Counted from the first letter of the stretch, positions 43,078-53,225 are shown. The stretch: 64,000 nucleotides of DNA from a virus (IMGVR_UViG_3300032516_000007:32001-96000), one strand, 5' to 3'. A program made the numbers and translations. The notes: generated by a model from the sequence alone, not told the origin.

Positions 43078-45093
43078 ATGGGACGCACCTTCATCCGTCA
43101 AGCAGTACAGATCGCACCGTCGGACTACGCCGCAACACCCAGTGGGTACAACGATAGTGTCGCCCCAACGCTGGCCAACTACGAGAGCACCCGTCCAGCC
43201 AATCTGGAGGATGACCTCAACTCGCTCCGGTCGCAGCTCAACAACCTGTTGAACCGAAATGGGGCAAGCTTCCCCAGCGGCCCCAAGTGGTACGAAGATC
43301 TCGTGCAGCCCACCGCACTCGAAAACGGCACCATCCGTGGTGTGGATGCCACCAACGCTGCTTTGCATGCAGTCGAGAAGAAGCGCGTTCTGCGTGATGT
43401 CTGGAAGCTCCTGGACATCTACCCTGGACTCGATCTGTCGATCTTGCTCGTCAACGATCTCAGGACCAAGTACGAGGCCCACCGAGTTCTGGTCGGTGGT
43501 GGTCCTGTTCACGGCTCTGCTGACGCAACCAACACCATCGCGGCACCTGCGGCGACCAACCTCGCCACCGCGATCACGCTGGCGAACGACATCAAGGCCA
43601 AGTACAACGCGCACCGCGTGGACGTGTCTGGGGCTCCTGCGATCCACGGTCTGGCCGACACCACCAACGTCGTCTCCTCGGCAAATGCGACCAACCTGGC
43701 CACGCTGATCACCCTCATCAACGAGATCAGGGTTGACTACGAGGCGCACCGGCAGCTCATCGCTGGTGGTGTCCACACCGTTGCGGACGGAACGAACATC
43801 GTGACGGCACTGACCGTCGGTTCGACCACACAGGTCCACATCTTCACAGCAGCTCAGCTTCCTCTTCAGACCCTCGCGGCCATTGGAGCAGTCACGACGC
43901 TGGGTACGGTTGCTGCGCAGGCCACTGCCTTCGGCACTGCTGGGCTGGATGAGGTCGTCAGCACTTCGGACGTGAACCCGAAGAACATGATGCAGCTCGT
44001 CGATGCCGCGAACCACCTCGACCCGATCCTGGTCGGTGGCAAGCAGTTGTTCGCGCTGTTCCAGACGGAGAGTGCCACCGACGGATCCACCATGACGGGA
44101 ACTACGCCCAACAGGGCGCAGCTCTCGTTCGTCGTGCGCAACAACACAGGCGATGATCTGGAGCTGGTGTCGGTGCCCATCGGGCAGGGCATCAACTTCG
44201 CAACGCGCGAGCGCATGCGCCTTGAGGGACTCGACGAGCAGGACTTCTTGAAGGGAGCCACCGTTGAGTTCCCGGCCTCGACCACCGTCACTCGCCAGAT
44301 CGGGTATGACAACCAGGGTGTCACTCCGGTTGAGATGGCGACCAACAGCTACCTCGATCTCGGAACCGGGCTTGAGTGGACCCTCCGCGATGTCCTCAAC
44401 GCCGCGCTGCTTCGTGTCATTGAGGGTTCGCCGTCTGCCAACACCATTCAGCTCACCAGTGAGGTCGATGTTTTCGACATCAACGCTGTGCTGAATGACT
44501 TCCTCAACGGTGCCAGCTTCGACACTGGTGCTGCGGGCACCACGATCAACGTCGGTGTCACTCCCAACCAGATCGACGCGGGTGGTCCTCTCACTGTGGC
44601 CTCGGGTGGCTCTGGTGATCTGAAGCTCGACGCGGCGAACGAGGTTCTGTTCGACGACGTGAACCGGACTGGTGCTGGCTGGACGGCTACCTCGGTCAAG
44701 CTCTCCGACACCACGCAGGAGTGGATCGACTATCGCACCGAGTTTGGCGAGGTCTCGATCTTCAACGCGCTCTACCAGGCGAAGACGACAGCGAAGCGTG
44801 TCAAGGGTCAGGCCAAGCTCGTTGCCAACCGCGCTGCGGGCCTCGATGTTGACAAGACCACGACGAGCATTCTCGATGTCGATCTGCCGAACTTCGCTGC
44901 TGTCGGCACCTTCGTCGATGACGTCGATGTCTACCTCAACGGCGAGCTGCTGCGCAACGAAGCCTCGTACCCTGGAACCGAGGACGTGGCTCCTGGATCG
45001 ACTCCTGCGCAGGGCATGCTCAAGTTCGAGTTCGCACTCAGGGGCACTGGAAGCAAGCCCGATCAGTTGTCGATGATCGTGTGGGGTAGCTAG
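43078..45093 (+). CDS. Virion structural (decoration/fibre) protein with three His-containing repeats
   Basis: T/A/G-rich; LxNx(L/I)(R/K)xxYxAHR...HxxADxTN x3; C-terminal VDVYLNGELL domain. Confidence 0.75.
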   Translation: MGRTFIRQAVQIAPSDYAATPSGYNDSVAPTLANYESTRPANLEDDLNSLRSQLNNLLNRNGASFPSGPKWYEDLVQPTALENGTIRGVDATNAALHAVEKKRVLRDVWKLLDIYPGLDLSILLVNDLRTKYEAHRVLVGGGPVHGSADATNTIAAPAATNLATAITLANDIKAKYNAHRVDVSGAPAIHGLADTTNVVSSANATNLATLITLINEIRVDYEAHRQLIAGGVHTVADGTNIVTALTVGSTTQVHIFTAAQLPLQTLAAIGAVTTLGTVAAQATAFGTAGLDEVVSTSDVNPKNMMQLVDAANHLDPILVGGKQLFALFQTESATDGSTMTGTTPNRAQLSFVVRNNTGDDLELVSVPIGQGINFATRERMRLEGLDEQDFLKGATVEFPASTTVTRQIGYDNQGVTPVEMATNSYLDLGTGLEWTLRDVLNAALLRVIEGSPSANTIQLTSEVDVFDINAVLNDFLNGASFDTGAAGTTINVGVTPNQIDAGGPLTVASGGSGDLKLDAANEVLFDDVNRTGAGWTATSVKLSDTTQEWIDYRTEFGEVSIFNALYQAKTTAKRVKGQAKLVANRAAGLDVDKTTTSILDVDLPNFAAVGTFVDDVDVYLNGELLRNEASYPGTEDVAPGSTPAQGMLKFEFALRGTGSKPDQLSMIVWGS

Positions 45094-45100
45094 TTCATCT

Positions 45101-45140
45101 GGGGGGTCGTTTTCAGTCTGAAAGCTGGGGACGGCCCCCC
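45101..45140 (+). other. Long G-U-rich intergenic hairpin
   Basis: GGGGGGTCGTTTTCAGT pairs with GCTGGGGACGGCCCCCC; no U tract. Confidence 0.6.
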
Positions 45141-45161
45141 TCCCTTAAACAGGAATGAGCG

Positions 45162-45740
45162 ATGAGTTTCCTCGACAAGTCACAGCTCACGATCACTGTA
45201 GCCACCGAACTTGGTGCTGATCTTGAGGATCGTCTCGATGGCGAACGCAAAGCCATGAACGAGCTGACTGGGGCACAGCAGGCGTTGAAGCAGGCGGCTA
45301 AGAAGGTGCCTGTTGATCTCGTAGCAGCCCTTGAGGCGTCCTTGGAGAAGGGTGAAGAGATCAAGGATGGGATGGAGAGCATCGAGGTCGCGCAGCTCAT
45401 CCGAAAGTACCTGACGCGGGTCGGGGACTATCTTACACACCTGGGAGAGGTGGAGCAGCAGAAAGCGATCATCCAGGGAGGGCGCGTAGCTGGACTTGCA
45501 GACGCCATGAAGGTAGTCCAGAAGCGGCGTGAGGATGAGGTCACGAAGCTTCAGCGCATGATCGAAGCAGCCAAGCAAATCCAGAACGACGAGGTAGTGG
45601 CCGATGTCCGAACGACGGGAGAAGCTGCCCGCTCCGAACATGGCACAGTTGCTGAGCGAAGAGCGGCTGAACACGTTGCGGCCCCTACTTTGTCTCAGGT
45701 CGAGAAGCCCAAGAAAAAAGGGCGAAAGAGCCGTGCCTGA
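45162..45740 (+). CDS. Coiled-coil hypothetical protein
   Basis: Tiling ORF. Confidence 0.7.
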   Translation: MSFLDKSQLTITVATELGADLEDRLDGERKAMNELTGAQQALKQAAKKVPVDLVAALEASLEKGEEIKDGMESIEVAQLIRKYLTRVGDYLTHLGEVEQQKAIIQGGRVAGLADAMKVVQKRREDEVTKLQRMIEAAKQIQNDEVVADVRTTGEAARSEHGTVAERRAAEHVAAPTLSQVEKPKKKGRKSRA

Positions 45741-46204
45741 TGACCGACCACGACGGCAGCGGTATCAGAGGAGAGACCGTCGATGAGATCCTCTGGTTAG
45801 ACCAGACGGAAGACCCATCCGAGTTGGGTATGACTCGGATGGTGAGCGGCTCCTTCAAGTTCGTTGACGGGCTCGGCGTCTTCAATCCTCGTACTGGTGG
45901 TTCTGGAATCACAGAGGGTCAGCACGAGATTCTCGATACCCTCACCCACTGGATCGACGAGACTAACTGGCAAGAGTTGATCCGCAGTGGTGGAAAAGTC
46001 ACCAACGCTATCCACTGGGAGACAAGCGCCAAACTGAAGAAGATTCGTGAGGTGCTTGTCACCAGGGCCGGAGGCAAGGTTTCCCAGATCGATATCATCC
46101 AGTACAACAGTGCTGGTACGGAGAGCCAGCGACAGGTTGGTGTGATCACCAGGGCCGGTGGGAAGGTCGAGTCCATTCAGTGGACAAAGACGGGGAGTCC
46201 CTAA
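45740..46204 (+). CDS. Hypothetical virion protein
   Basis: Repeated RxGGKV beta-hairpins. Confidence 0.7.
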   Translation: MTDHDGSGIRGETVDEILWLDQTEDPSELGMTRMVSGSFKFVDGLGVFNPRTGGSGITEGQHEILDTLTHWIDETNWQELIRSGGKVTNAIHWETSAKLKKIREVLVTRAGGKVSQIDIIQYNSAGTESQRQVGVITRAGGKVESIQWTKTGSP

Positions 46205-47494
46205 ATGGCGTTCTATGTCGTCGAAGTAGACAACGACGGGTTCAAGGTCTACGACAGCGCAGGCAACGCCATCGATCCAGCCAAGGATGCCTCAGTAACA
46301 GCTCTCGGCACAATCCTCACTGCCATCAAGGACACTGACGGCATCAAGAAGATCGTAGACGCGCTGCCTGCTGGTACCAACACCATCGGGAAGGTGGATC
46401 AAGGCACCGCTGGAGCTACAGCGTGGAAGACTGATGGTTCAGGGGTCACTCAGCCCATCTCTGCCTCCTCTCTTCCGCTCCCGGCTGGCGCTGCCACTGA
46501 AACGACCCTCGCTCTGATCAAGTCCACGGATGGGATTAAGAAGATCGTCGATCCCCTTCCGGCAGGGACCAATACGCTTGGCAAAGTAGACCAAGGTGCC
46601 GCTGGAGCTTCTGCGTGGCTGGTTGTAGGGAGTGGTGGAGGTGGGAGTACACAGGTCGAGGGTCGTGCTGCCGACGGAGCCACGCCAGTAGGCAACCCTG
46701 TCCTAGTTGGAGGTCAAGACGGCACGAACGTCCAGTCGCTCCTGACGGACACACTTGGTCGTCTCGTCATGGCTCCGCAAGGAGCGTCTACTATCTATCG
46801 TGGGTTCTCTGATGGGAAGGTGGTCCTGCATCCACCGGAGACCGCTTTGGCACCAGTCCGATTTACGACTTACACAGAGCAGACCTCGAATGCTCAGCGA
46901 TCTATCACCAGCTCCAACGTAGCGGATGCCGCTGCTGGGACTGGGGCTCGAACAGTCAAGATCACTTACTACTCGGTGAGCGGCGGAGCGATCACTGGTC
47001 CGTTCTATGAGACTGTAACTCTCGACGGAACGTCCTACGTCGACACTGTTTCGACGACCATTGCGTTCATCGAGAAGCTCGAAGTCCTGACCGTTGGTTC
47101 TGGCTTGACCAACGCAGGCACGTTGACATTGAAGGCAAACACAGCAGGTGGTGGCGCGACCATCGTGACCATCGGAATCGGTGATGGGCAGACTTTCTTG
47201 GGCCTGCACTATGTTGCTTCCGGTCGCACGATGAAGTTGACCTCTGTCGCTGCCGGGATCAAGGGCGTTGATGCTGCGGGATTCATGGTGAGGACGAAAG
47301 ATCCCTCGAGTGCTAATGCGTTCGAAATGCAAACCTCCGATCTGATCAGAATCGGCGCAAACCAAAGTACAGTGCCAAGAGCTTACGGCACTCCAATCGA
47401 GATCGCAGGACCGGCGAGAGTGCAGCTTTATGTACTCCCCGACTCCACCAGCTCGCGCACGTACTATGCGAGCATGGACTACTTTGAGGAATAG
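46205..47494 (+). CDS. Fibre-like virion protein
   Basis: Duplicated DGIKKIVDxLPAGTNTxGKVDQG segment; C-terminal domain paralogous to the next gene. Confidence 0.7.
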   Translation: MAFYVVEVDNDGFKVYDSAGNAIDPAKDASVTALGTILTAIKDTDGIKKIVDALPAGTNTIGKVDQGTAGATAWKTDGSGVTQPISASSLPLPAGAATETTLALIKSTDGIKKIVDPLPAGTNTLGKVDQGAAGASAWLVVGSGGGGSTQVEGRAADGATPVGNPVLVGGQDGTNVQSLLTDTLGRLVMAPQGASTIYRGFSDGKVVLHPPETALAPVRFTTYTEQTSNAQRSITSSNVADAAAGTGARTVKITYYSVSGGAITGPFYETVTLDGTSYVDTVSTTIAFIEKLEVLTVGSGLTNAGTLTLKANTAGGGATIVTIGIGDGQTFLGLHYVASGRTMKLTSVAAGIKGVDAAGFMVRTKDPSSANAFEMQTSDLIRIGANQSTVPRAYGTPIEIAGPARVQLYVLPDSTSSRTYYASMDYFEE

Positions 47495-47497
47495 CCG

Positions 47498-48202
47498 ATG
47501 AGTCAGCTAGAACAAGACGCCCCCTTCCGGCTGCACCTATTCGGCAACCTCACTGCCGTCGCCACGGCTGAGGTGCTGGTCAGCAATCGAGGCTACGTGG
47601 AACCAGCGGCACAGGCGCAACGCTCGCTGGTTTCCACCTCGGTGCAGGACAAACCCAGTGGATCTGGAGCAGCGGCGGTCAGGGTAGATTTCCTCAACTC
47701 TGACTACGAGTTGAAATCAGAGGACGTGACCCTCAACGGTACTGTCGCTGTGAACATGATCGCAACGGACCTTCGCTTCGTGCAGGACATGCGAGTCATC
47801 CAGGGATCCTTCGCTGTTGGTGCGGTCAAGCTCATGACCGCTACGGCTGGTGGAGGGACGGAGATCACGGGTATCGGAGCTGGGACCACTGAGGCGTTCC
47901 TCTGTCATCACTACGTGCCTGCTGGCAAGAAAGCGTGGATCAAGGGTTGGGGCGCTGTGATCGACGACGAGTGCTCCCTCAAGCTGAACGGTCGAACGTG
48001 GTACGGTGCCAACCTCGTGGACGACGTGCGTGACCTCTATAAGCTCTTCATGAGCAACCCTACGCCTCCTCGCACGATGGAGTTCAACCGAGTGATGCCA
48101 GATATGCCACTCGGGGAGAAGACCTATGTACGTGTGACGGTCACGCCCAATCAGAGCACGAGCACAGTGATCCGCACCTATGTCGATTTGTGGGAGGAGT
48201 AG
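47498..48202 (+). CDS. Virion protein paralogous to the C-domain of 46205-47494
   Basis: AQRSLVSTSVQD..SGSGA..V.....EDVTLNGT versus AQRSITSSNVAD..AGTGARTV....ETVTLDGT. Confidence 0.7.
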   Translation: MSQLEQDAPFRLHLFGNLTAVATAEVLVSNRGYVEPAAQAQRSLVSTSVQDKPSGSGAAAVRVDFLNSDYELKSEDVTLNGTVAVNMIATDLRFVQDMRVIQGSFAVGAVKLMTATAGGGTEITGIGAGTTEAFLCHHYVPAGKKAWIKGWGAVIDDECSLKLNGRTWYGANLVDDVRDLYKLFMSNPTPPRTMEFNRVMPDMPLGEKTYVRVTVTPNQSTSTVIRTYVDLWEE

Positions 48203-48394
48203 ATGGCCGCTCACACAGCAGAAGAGACGTTGGACAAGGCTCAGACTGAGTACCTGGCCAAGGCGCACGAAGTGCAACCGACCCACCCAGGAGAAGACCT
48301 GGAGTGGTGGGTCGCCGATGAGAACCACGACGTGTTTGCTGTCGGAACGTGGGACAGCGACACGACGATGACGTTTCGTGACTACAAGCCGTAG
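48203..48394 (+). CDS. Small hypothetical protein
   Basis: GGAGGAG RBS. Confidence 0.5.
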   Translation: MAAHTAEETLDKAQTEYLAKAHEVQPTHPGEDLEWWVADENHDVFAVGTWDSDTTMTFRDYKP

Positions 48395-48415
48395 AGCGTT
48401 GGTGGAGGTGGGGGC

Positions 48416-48601
48416 TTGGAGAGGGATTGCACGGTCTGTCCGGATAGGATCGAGTGTGTGGTCTGCAAGAGGAAGCTCTGCCATATACATGAGCCAGAAC
48501 CGAAGCTGGTGAAGATGATTGAAGGGCACTACATCACACGCGAAGGCACGATCTGCATGGAGTGCGAAGCGAACCAAATGAGACCTAGGAGAAGTCAATG
48601 A
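48416..48601 (+). CDS. Small Cys/His zinc-finger protein
   Basis: CTVC, CVVC, CHIH and CMEC. Confidence 0.5.
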   Translation: MERDCTVCPDRIECVVCKRKLCHIHEPEPKLVKMIEGHYITREGTICMECEANQMRPRRSQ

Positions 48602-49731
48602 AGTCGCTGTTGATCTCAATCGCCCTGCTGTTAGCAGCCTGGACCGTCCAGGCCCAGACCTGCCCTACCCCTGCCCAGCTCGTGACCGACCTGACTGCCG
48701 CTTCACAGGGAACCATCATCAATCTGAGCGGGGTGCTCTCGCTCACCTGTCCAGAAGTGTCCATGAGTCACGTCTGGGATGGTGGCAAGCTACTCTTCAG
48801 CGATGCACCGGAGACTGTGAGTCTGCGCGGTAAGCTTTACGAGGACACAACGCTCGGCTTCACCTCCGGCACTGTCTACAACCGAGTGCATGCGCATCAC
48901 GTCAACGGGCGCGCTGCCAAGATGAAGTTCGCGATCTTGCTCAAGAACAACGGCACGAGTAGTGGTTCGCTCATCGTGCAGCAGAAGGGTGTTGCAGGAC
49001 CCACCGCCGACTTCCTCTATGCGGGCAAGCTGGCCTTCTTGCGATGGCTCCAGTCAGTCAACAGCGCACCAGTGAGTGTGCCTGCGGGTAGCATCGTGCG
49101 CCTGGCTATGGACTTTGAGACACAGACGAGTACCGGCAATCTGATGACGATCCTCGTGGACTATAGCTTCACGCAGAACCATACCCTAACTGTGTGTGCT
49201 CTGGACACAGGCGACAACCCTGTGACTGCATGCCCTGGTCTGGCTGTGCTCCCCAGAGATACTCATCAACGTGGGACGTTCCCAAACAACGCGAAGGTCT
49301 ACGACACGGCAGTTGGAACTGTCATCGACACCGCCCAAGGCATCATGCAGCTTCCCCTAGCCGGAAACACGACCAACGATCCTGATGCCGTCGGCGTGGA
49401 CAAGACCGATGGCAGCCCTCAGCAGTTGAAGGGGAACTACGGGGTGCTCTACAAGATGCATCTGAACACGTCGGCATCGGACTCAAAGAAGCTCGGCTTC
49501 CTCTTCAATCCGCGCGGAGGCGTGTGGGGTGGTGCAGAGTACGCATTGGTTGGGATCACTCCAGGTGGCAAGTTCCTGAACCCGACGGGCACAGGAGGAT
49601 TCTCTGACAACACCAAGGGCGCAGTCAGTGCAAAGTACAATCCTGGCACAGGTGGCCTCAGCGTCTGGATGCAGTGGATGCCAACGTCGGCATCGAACTA
49701 CCCGTTGCGCTACATTGCAGTGCCACACTGA
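48598..49731 (+). CDS. Secreted protein with Sec signal peptide
   Basis: MKSLLISIALLLAAWTVQA|Q; LLFSDAPE...HHVN...GNYGVLY domain. Confidence 0.7.
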   Translation: MKSLLISIALLLAAWTVQAQTCPTPAQLVTDLTAASQGTIINLSGVLSLTCPEVSMSHVWDGGKLLFSDAPETVSLRGKLYEDTTLGFTSGTVYNRVHAHHVNGRAAKMKFAILLKNNGTSSGSLIVQQKGVAGPTADFLYAGKLAFLRWLQSVNSAPVSVPAGSIVRLAMDFETQTSTGNLMTILVDYSFTQNHTLTVCALDTGDNPVTACPGLAVLPRDTHQRGTFPNNAKVYDTAVGTVIDTAQGIMQLPLAGNTTNDPDAVGVDKTDGSPQQLKGNYGVLYKMHLNTSASDSKKLGFLFNPRGGVWGGAEYALVGITPGGKFLNPTGTGGFSDNTKGAVSAKYNPGTGGLSVWMQWMPTSASNYPLRYIAVPH

Positions 49732-49967
49732 TGACCGAAACACCCAAGAAGAGGAAGCTCAATCCGACTCGGGAATTGCTGTTGGAGGTATTGGCAGGTC
49801 AGCGTAGGCAGGACGAGAGGTTGGCCAACCTTGAGATGCAGCAGACGCTGGCCAATCAGGCGTGGCAGCGTCAGGGCAAGGTGGTTGAGGAGATCAACCA
49901 GCGGTGCTTGGGCAAGTTGGGTTTGAAATGCCCGTTGGTTGAGGCCGAAGATCAGAATGGTGATTAG
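49731..49967 (+). CDS. Small coiled-coil protein
   Basis: TGATG coupling to the upstream gene. Confidence 0.5.
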   Translation: MTETPKKRKLNPTRELLLEVLAGQRRQDERLANLEMQQTLANQAWQRQGKVVEEINQRCLGKLGLKCPLVEAEDQNGD

Positions 49968-49977
49968 GAGAGGGTGG

Positions 49978-49997
49978 TTCTAGAATCATGGTATACT
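49978..49997 (+). promoter_or_regulatory. TTCTAGAA-N6-TATACT promoter (extended -10)
   Basis: TGG-TATACT at 49989-49997; no clear -35. Confidence 0.6.
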
Positions 49998-50015
49998 GGG
50001 AGATGAGGTTCGTGG

Positions 50016-50312
50016 ATGGAAGCTGCCCTGGCAAAACTTCTGGAAATGCTTGCCAAACATGGCCCAGGGTTCCTGGTGGCGGCGATCTTCATTGCCCTGT
50101 ACGTTCTGGAACGAAGGGACTCTAGGAAGGAACTGGAAACTATTTGGGAAGGACATCGCAAGGGGATTGAGTCGGAGAGGGTAATCTCAAAGGACTTGAC
50201 AATTAAACTGTTTGAATTGAGCAGTGAGTCTATTAAATCAGATACGGAACACACGGAGGCGATCAAATCCATGACTAAGGTTTTGGATAGTATTGATCGG
50301 AGACTAGGATGA
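50016..50312 (+). CDS. Holin-like single-TM protein
   Basis: TM segment GPGFLVAAIFIALYVL followed by a charged coiled coil (BhlA/UviB-like architecture). Confidence 0.5.
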   Translation: MEAALAKLLEMLAKHGPGFLVAAIFIALYVLERRDSRKELETIWEGHRKGIESERVISKDLTIKLFELSSESIKSDTEHTEAIKSMTKVLDSIDRRLG

Positions 50313-50722
50313 ATCCAAAGGATGATCCTACTTCTGTTGGGTTGATCTTAATCAAAATGGGAGTAATCACCAAGGAGGATTTGGTTGCTGCTATTGATGA
50401 GCAGGACAATTCTAGTATTGAGTACCTTTTAGGTAAGTTATTGGTTGCTAATGGGGTGTGCTCCAAGGAGCAAGTTGAGATTGCTTTGGCAGCTCAACAA
50501 GGAATGAGAAGCAATGAAGATCATAAGAAGGCTGTGGCTATAGCTTCCATTGCCACAGCTCGGAAAAAGATGATGCGTCAGGCAGGTCAGCACATGATCG
50601 AAAGAACTGATGCTTTGGCTATTAAAACAGGAAGTGATATTTATCCTGTGGTAGTTATGAAAATGAATCTAGTAGGTGGCGGGAAGAAGGGATCAGATTC
50701 AGGTAATGGAGCGGGTGCGTGA
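50309..50722 (+). CDS. Stand-alone MshEN-like domain protein
   Basis: Tandem 24-aa motifs SVGLILIKMGVITKEDLVAAIDEQ and LLGKLLVANGVCSKEQVEIALAAQ. Confidence 0.75.
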   Translation: MNPKDDPTSVGLILIKMGVITKEDLVAAIDEQDNSSIEYLLGKLLVANGVCSKEQVEIALAAQQGMRSNEDHKKAVAIASIATARKKMMRQAGQHMIERTDALAIKTGSDIYPVVVMKMNLVGGGKKGSDSGNGAGA

Positions 50723-51147
50723 CGTTCTCTATTCGCATCCAGTCTGGAAAGAAGGAGCCTATTGCTGTTCTGATTCTAAATCAGAGCGGGCAGGAGTTAA
50801 CTGGAAAGACTGATATCAAGATTAAGATTCGTCGTATTAGTGATGGGTTCTACCTCGACTGGTCAGATAACACATTCAAGTCGGCTGTCTCAGTGGTGAT
50901 ATTGCTTCAGGTGTTGCAGGAGATCTCAGCATTATACAGCCCAGGGGAATACCAACTTAACAAACCAGGTCACATAAACGGATTTGATACTTTAACGATC
51001 ACCAATCCCAACAGTGATGATACTTACTACGTTACGGGTATCCAGGATGGTGGGGTTGATGCAAGCAACGTTCCGATGGTAGGTGAGCTGAAGGTTGGCG
51101 ACTACGTTGATGACATCGTGGAAGATCGACTGCCAGTGGTTTGGTAG
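50719..51147 (+). CDS. Hypothetical virion protein
   Basis: GTGA overlap; beta-rich. Confidence 0.6.
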   Translation: MTFSIRIQSGKKEPIAVLILNQSGQELTGKTDIKIKIRRISDGFYLDWSDNTFKSAVSVVILLQVLQEISALYSPGEYQLNKPGHINGFDTLTITNPNSDDTYYVTGIQDGGVDASNVPMVGELKVGDYVDDIVEDRLPVVW

Positions 51148-51162
51148 CTGAAGGAGTGAGCC

Positions 51163-51798
51163 ATGGCGTGCATTGAAGTCCTCCAAGGAACCCCAACGTG
51201 GCTTCCCTTCATTGCCACGAACATCAACACGGGTGCTCCTCGAACTGGGATCACTTTCAACCAGGTGGATGTCTCCTACAAGAAGAGCAGCCAGGCGACC
51301 TTCAATCTCAAGACACTCCTGGTCACCGACTTCCGTGAAAACGGTGCTGGGGTCTACGAGATTCTGTTCTCCAACACGGAACTGAATGTTCTGGGATCAT
51401 TCCTCTATGTGGTGATCGGGAATGGAGCCCTCCCAAGCCCCAACATCCGTCAGTTTGTGGGGCAGGCTTTCGTTGAGACAGCTTCTTCCTACACCCCAGG
51501 CACGATCAGTCTTGACACCAACATCATCACAGGCAACCTGATTGATCTTCATGGAGACCCTCTCCCTGGGGTGGCTGTGAGTGCCCGTGTGCTCTCGGCT
51601 CCAACGATCTTGGGCGTTACCCCCAACATTGGTGGAGTGGGAGTGGATATCTACAGTGCCAAGACAGATGAGGCTGGATTCTTTGCCTTGGAATTGCTTC
51701 AGAAGGCTGTGGTGGATGTGTCGATCCCAAGGGTGAACTACCGTCGAACTTTGACCGTGCCTGTGAACTCAACGGACAAGCTGTTCGATATTCCATAG
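51163..51798 (+). CDS. Ig/beta-sandwich virion protein
   Basis: ITGNLIDLHGDPLPGVAVSA...TDEAGFF carboxypeptidase-regulatory-like pattern. Confidence 0.65.
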   Translation: MACIEVLQGTPTWLPFIATNINTGAPRTGITFNQVDVSYKKSSQATFNLKTLLVTDFRENGAGVYEILFSNTELNVLGSFLYVVIGNGALPSPNIRQFVGQAFVETASSYTPGTISLDTNIITGNLIDLHGDPLPGVAVSARVLSAPTILGVTPNIGGVGVDIYSAKTDEAGFFALELLQKAVVDVSIPRVNYRRTLTVPVNSTDKLFDIP

Positions 51799-51807
51799 AG
51801 GAAGACC

Positions 51808-53208
51808 ATGGCAGCTCCAACCTCCATTGTTGTGACTACTGATCTCGACGAGTACAGCAAGTTCGAGATTGATCGGAACACCATTCAGGTGTTCTGGACC
51901 GCTACAGGTCCATCCAGCATGGCTGGGGAAGTATTGACCTTGAAGCTGGTCAAGGCGAGAAGGCTTCGGGATGCAGTCGCCTACACCAAGTCCATCACCA
52001 TTGTTGGTTCTGGAACTACAGATACCGGATCAGTCTCCATCCACCTTCCAGATGTGACTAGTACAGATAGCATCAACCTGATTCGCAGAGGTAGTTACTT
52101 TATTGAGGTGGTTTCTGTCAGTGCTCCGTTGGTCAAGGGAGTGACGGCTGATTTCTCTATCAGCATTGTCACCTCTCAGGAACTTCGGAAGAGCTACCTG
52201 TGGGGTTTGGATTTGAAGGCCAACGATATTCGAATGGTGGTGTTTCAGCCCAAGCAGATCACTGGAATTGAAGTGGTCTCCATGAGTGCCAACCATCCGG
52301 CCATATTTGCTCCGCTGACCTATGTGTACAACGGGACAAGTGGAAGCCGTCAAATCTCATGGGGGGCAGGCCCCCTTATTACGATCACTGCCCCTGGCCG
52401 ATACATGCTTCGTTTTGATTGCACAGGTACTCACTATATGGTCATTCAGGTGAGGACTCTAAGTTTGCTTCCTATAGTAAATGCCACTGATGATCTTCTG
52501 GTTGAAAAAGACCAGATGACGGATGCCATGCTTCAACGTTGGATCAGCCAAGCTTGTGACTGGTGGGAGAACGACAAGATCTCAGTGTTTCTGGAACCAA
52601 CCAAGATCGTCACGGACACTGATCCTTCTCTCAACAGTGACCCTGATTGGGATTTCATTGTTCCTACCATCACGTTCTACCCCACTGTTTCGGCAAAGTG
52701 GATCGATATCCTATTCCCACATCCTAGTTTGTTGAGAGTTGATCAGCTCTTCGGTCAGGTTGGTAGTACTAGGATCGTGGATATTGATCTTAATTGGTTG
52801 CAGGTGAGCGAGAAGAATGGTTTTTGCCAGCTTGTTCCCTTCAACACCATACTAGGCTTCAAGTTCATTGGCCTGGTCTGGGTGGAGTCTATTCGAGGGG
52901 TTATCGAGCTGCCTGGGTTCTGGCACTTCAACGCTGTGGCTGGCCTCAGGAACGTTGACGCAGTGGTCCTGGAGATCCTGGCCAAGAAGGCTGCCATCGA
53001 TGCTCTGACGGTCGCTGGGCACGCCTATAGAGGGGGTTTCTCGTCCCAGAGTGTGAGCAAGGATGGTGTCAGTGAGTCGGTGAGCTACACAGCTTCGGCC
53101 ATCTATGGCATCTACAGCGCAACTATCGAGGATTACAACAAGTTCATCAATCGAGAGATCAAGAACCTTCGAGGAAGGTACCGAGGGCTGAACATGTTGA
53201 CGGTTTGA
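51808..53208 (+). CDS. Neck/head-tail adaptor protein
   Basis: YLWGLDL and SQSVSKDGVSESVSYTASAIYGIYSA motifs; position. Confidence 0.7.
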   Translation: MAAPTSIVVTTDLDEYSKFEIDRNTIQVFWTATGPSSMAGEVLTLKLVKARRLRDAVAYTKSITIVGSGTTDTGSVSIHLPDVTSTDSINLIRRGSYFIEVVSVSAPLVKGVTADFSISIVTSQELRKSYLWGLDLKANDIRMVVFQPKQITGIEVVSMSANHPAIFAPLTYVYNGTSGSRQISWGAGPLITITAPGRYMLRFDCTGTHYMVIQVRTLSLLPIVNATDDLLVEKDQMTDAMLQRWISQACDWWENDKISVFLEPTKIVTDTDPSLNSDPDWDFIVPTITFYPTVSAKWIDILFPHPSLLRVDQLFGQVGSTRIVDIDLNWLQVSEKNGFCQLVPFNTILGFKFIGLVWVESIRGVIELPGFWHFNAVAGLRNVDAVVLEILAKKAAIDALTVAGHAYRGGFSSQSVSKDGVSESVSYTASAIYGIYSATIEDYNKFINREIKNLRGRYRGLNMLTV

Positions 53209-53225
53209 TCAAGGGCTAGCCGTGG

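Noticed and set aside
43054-48619. Long minus-strand ORFs (e.g. 43054-44016, 47717-48619; also 40105-40908, 21777-22469)
   Set aside because: Antisense shadows of well-supported + strand genes with biased codon usage
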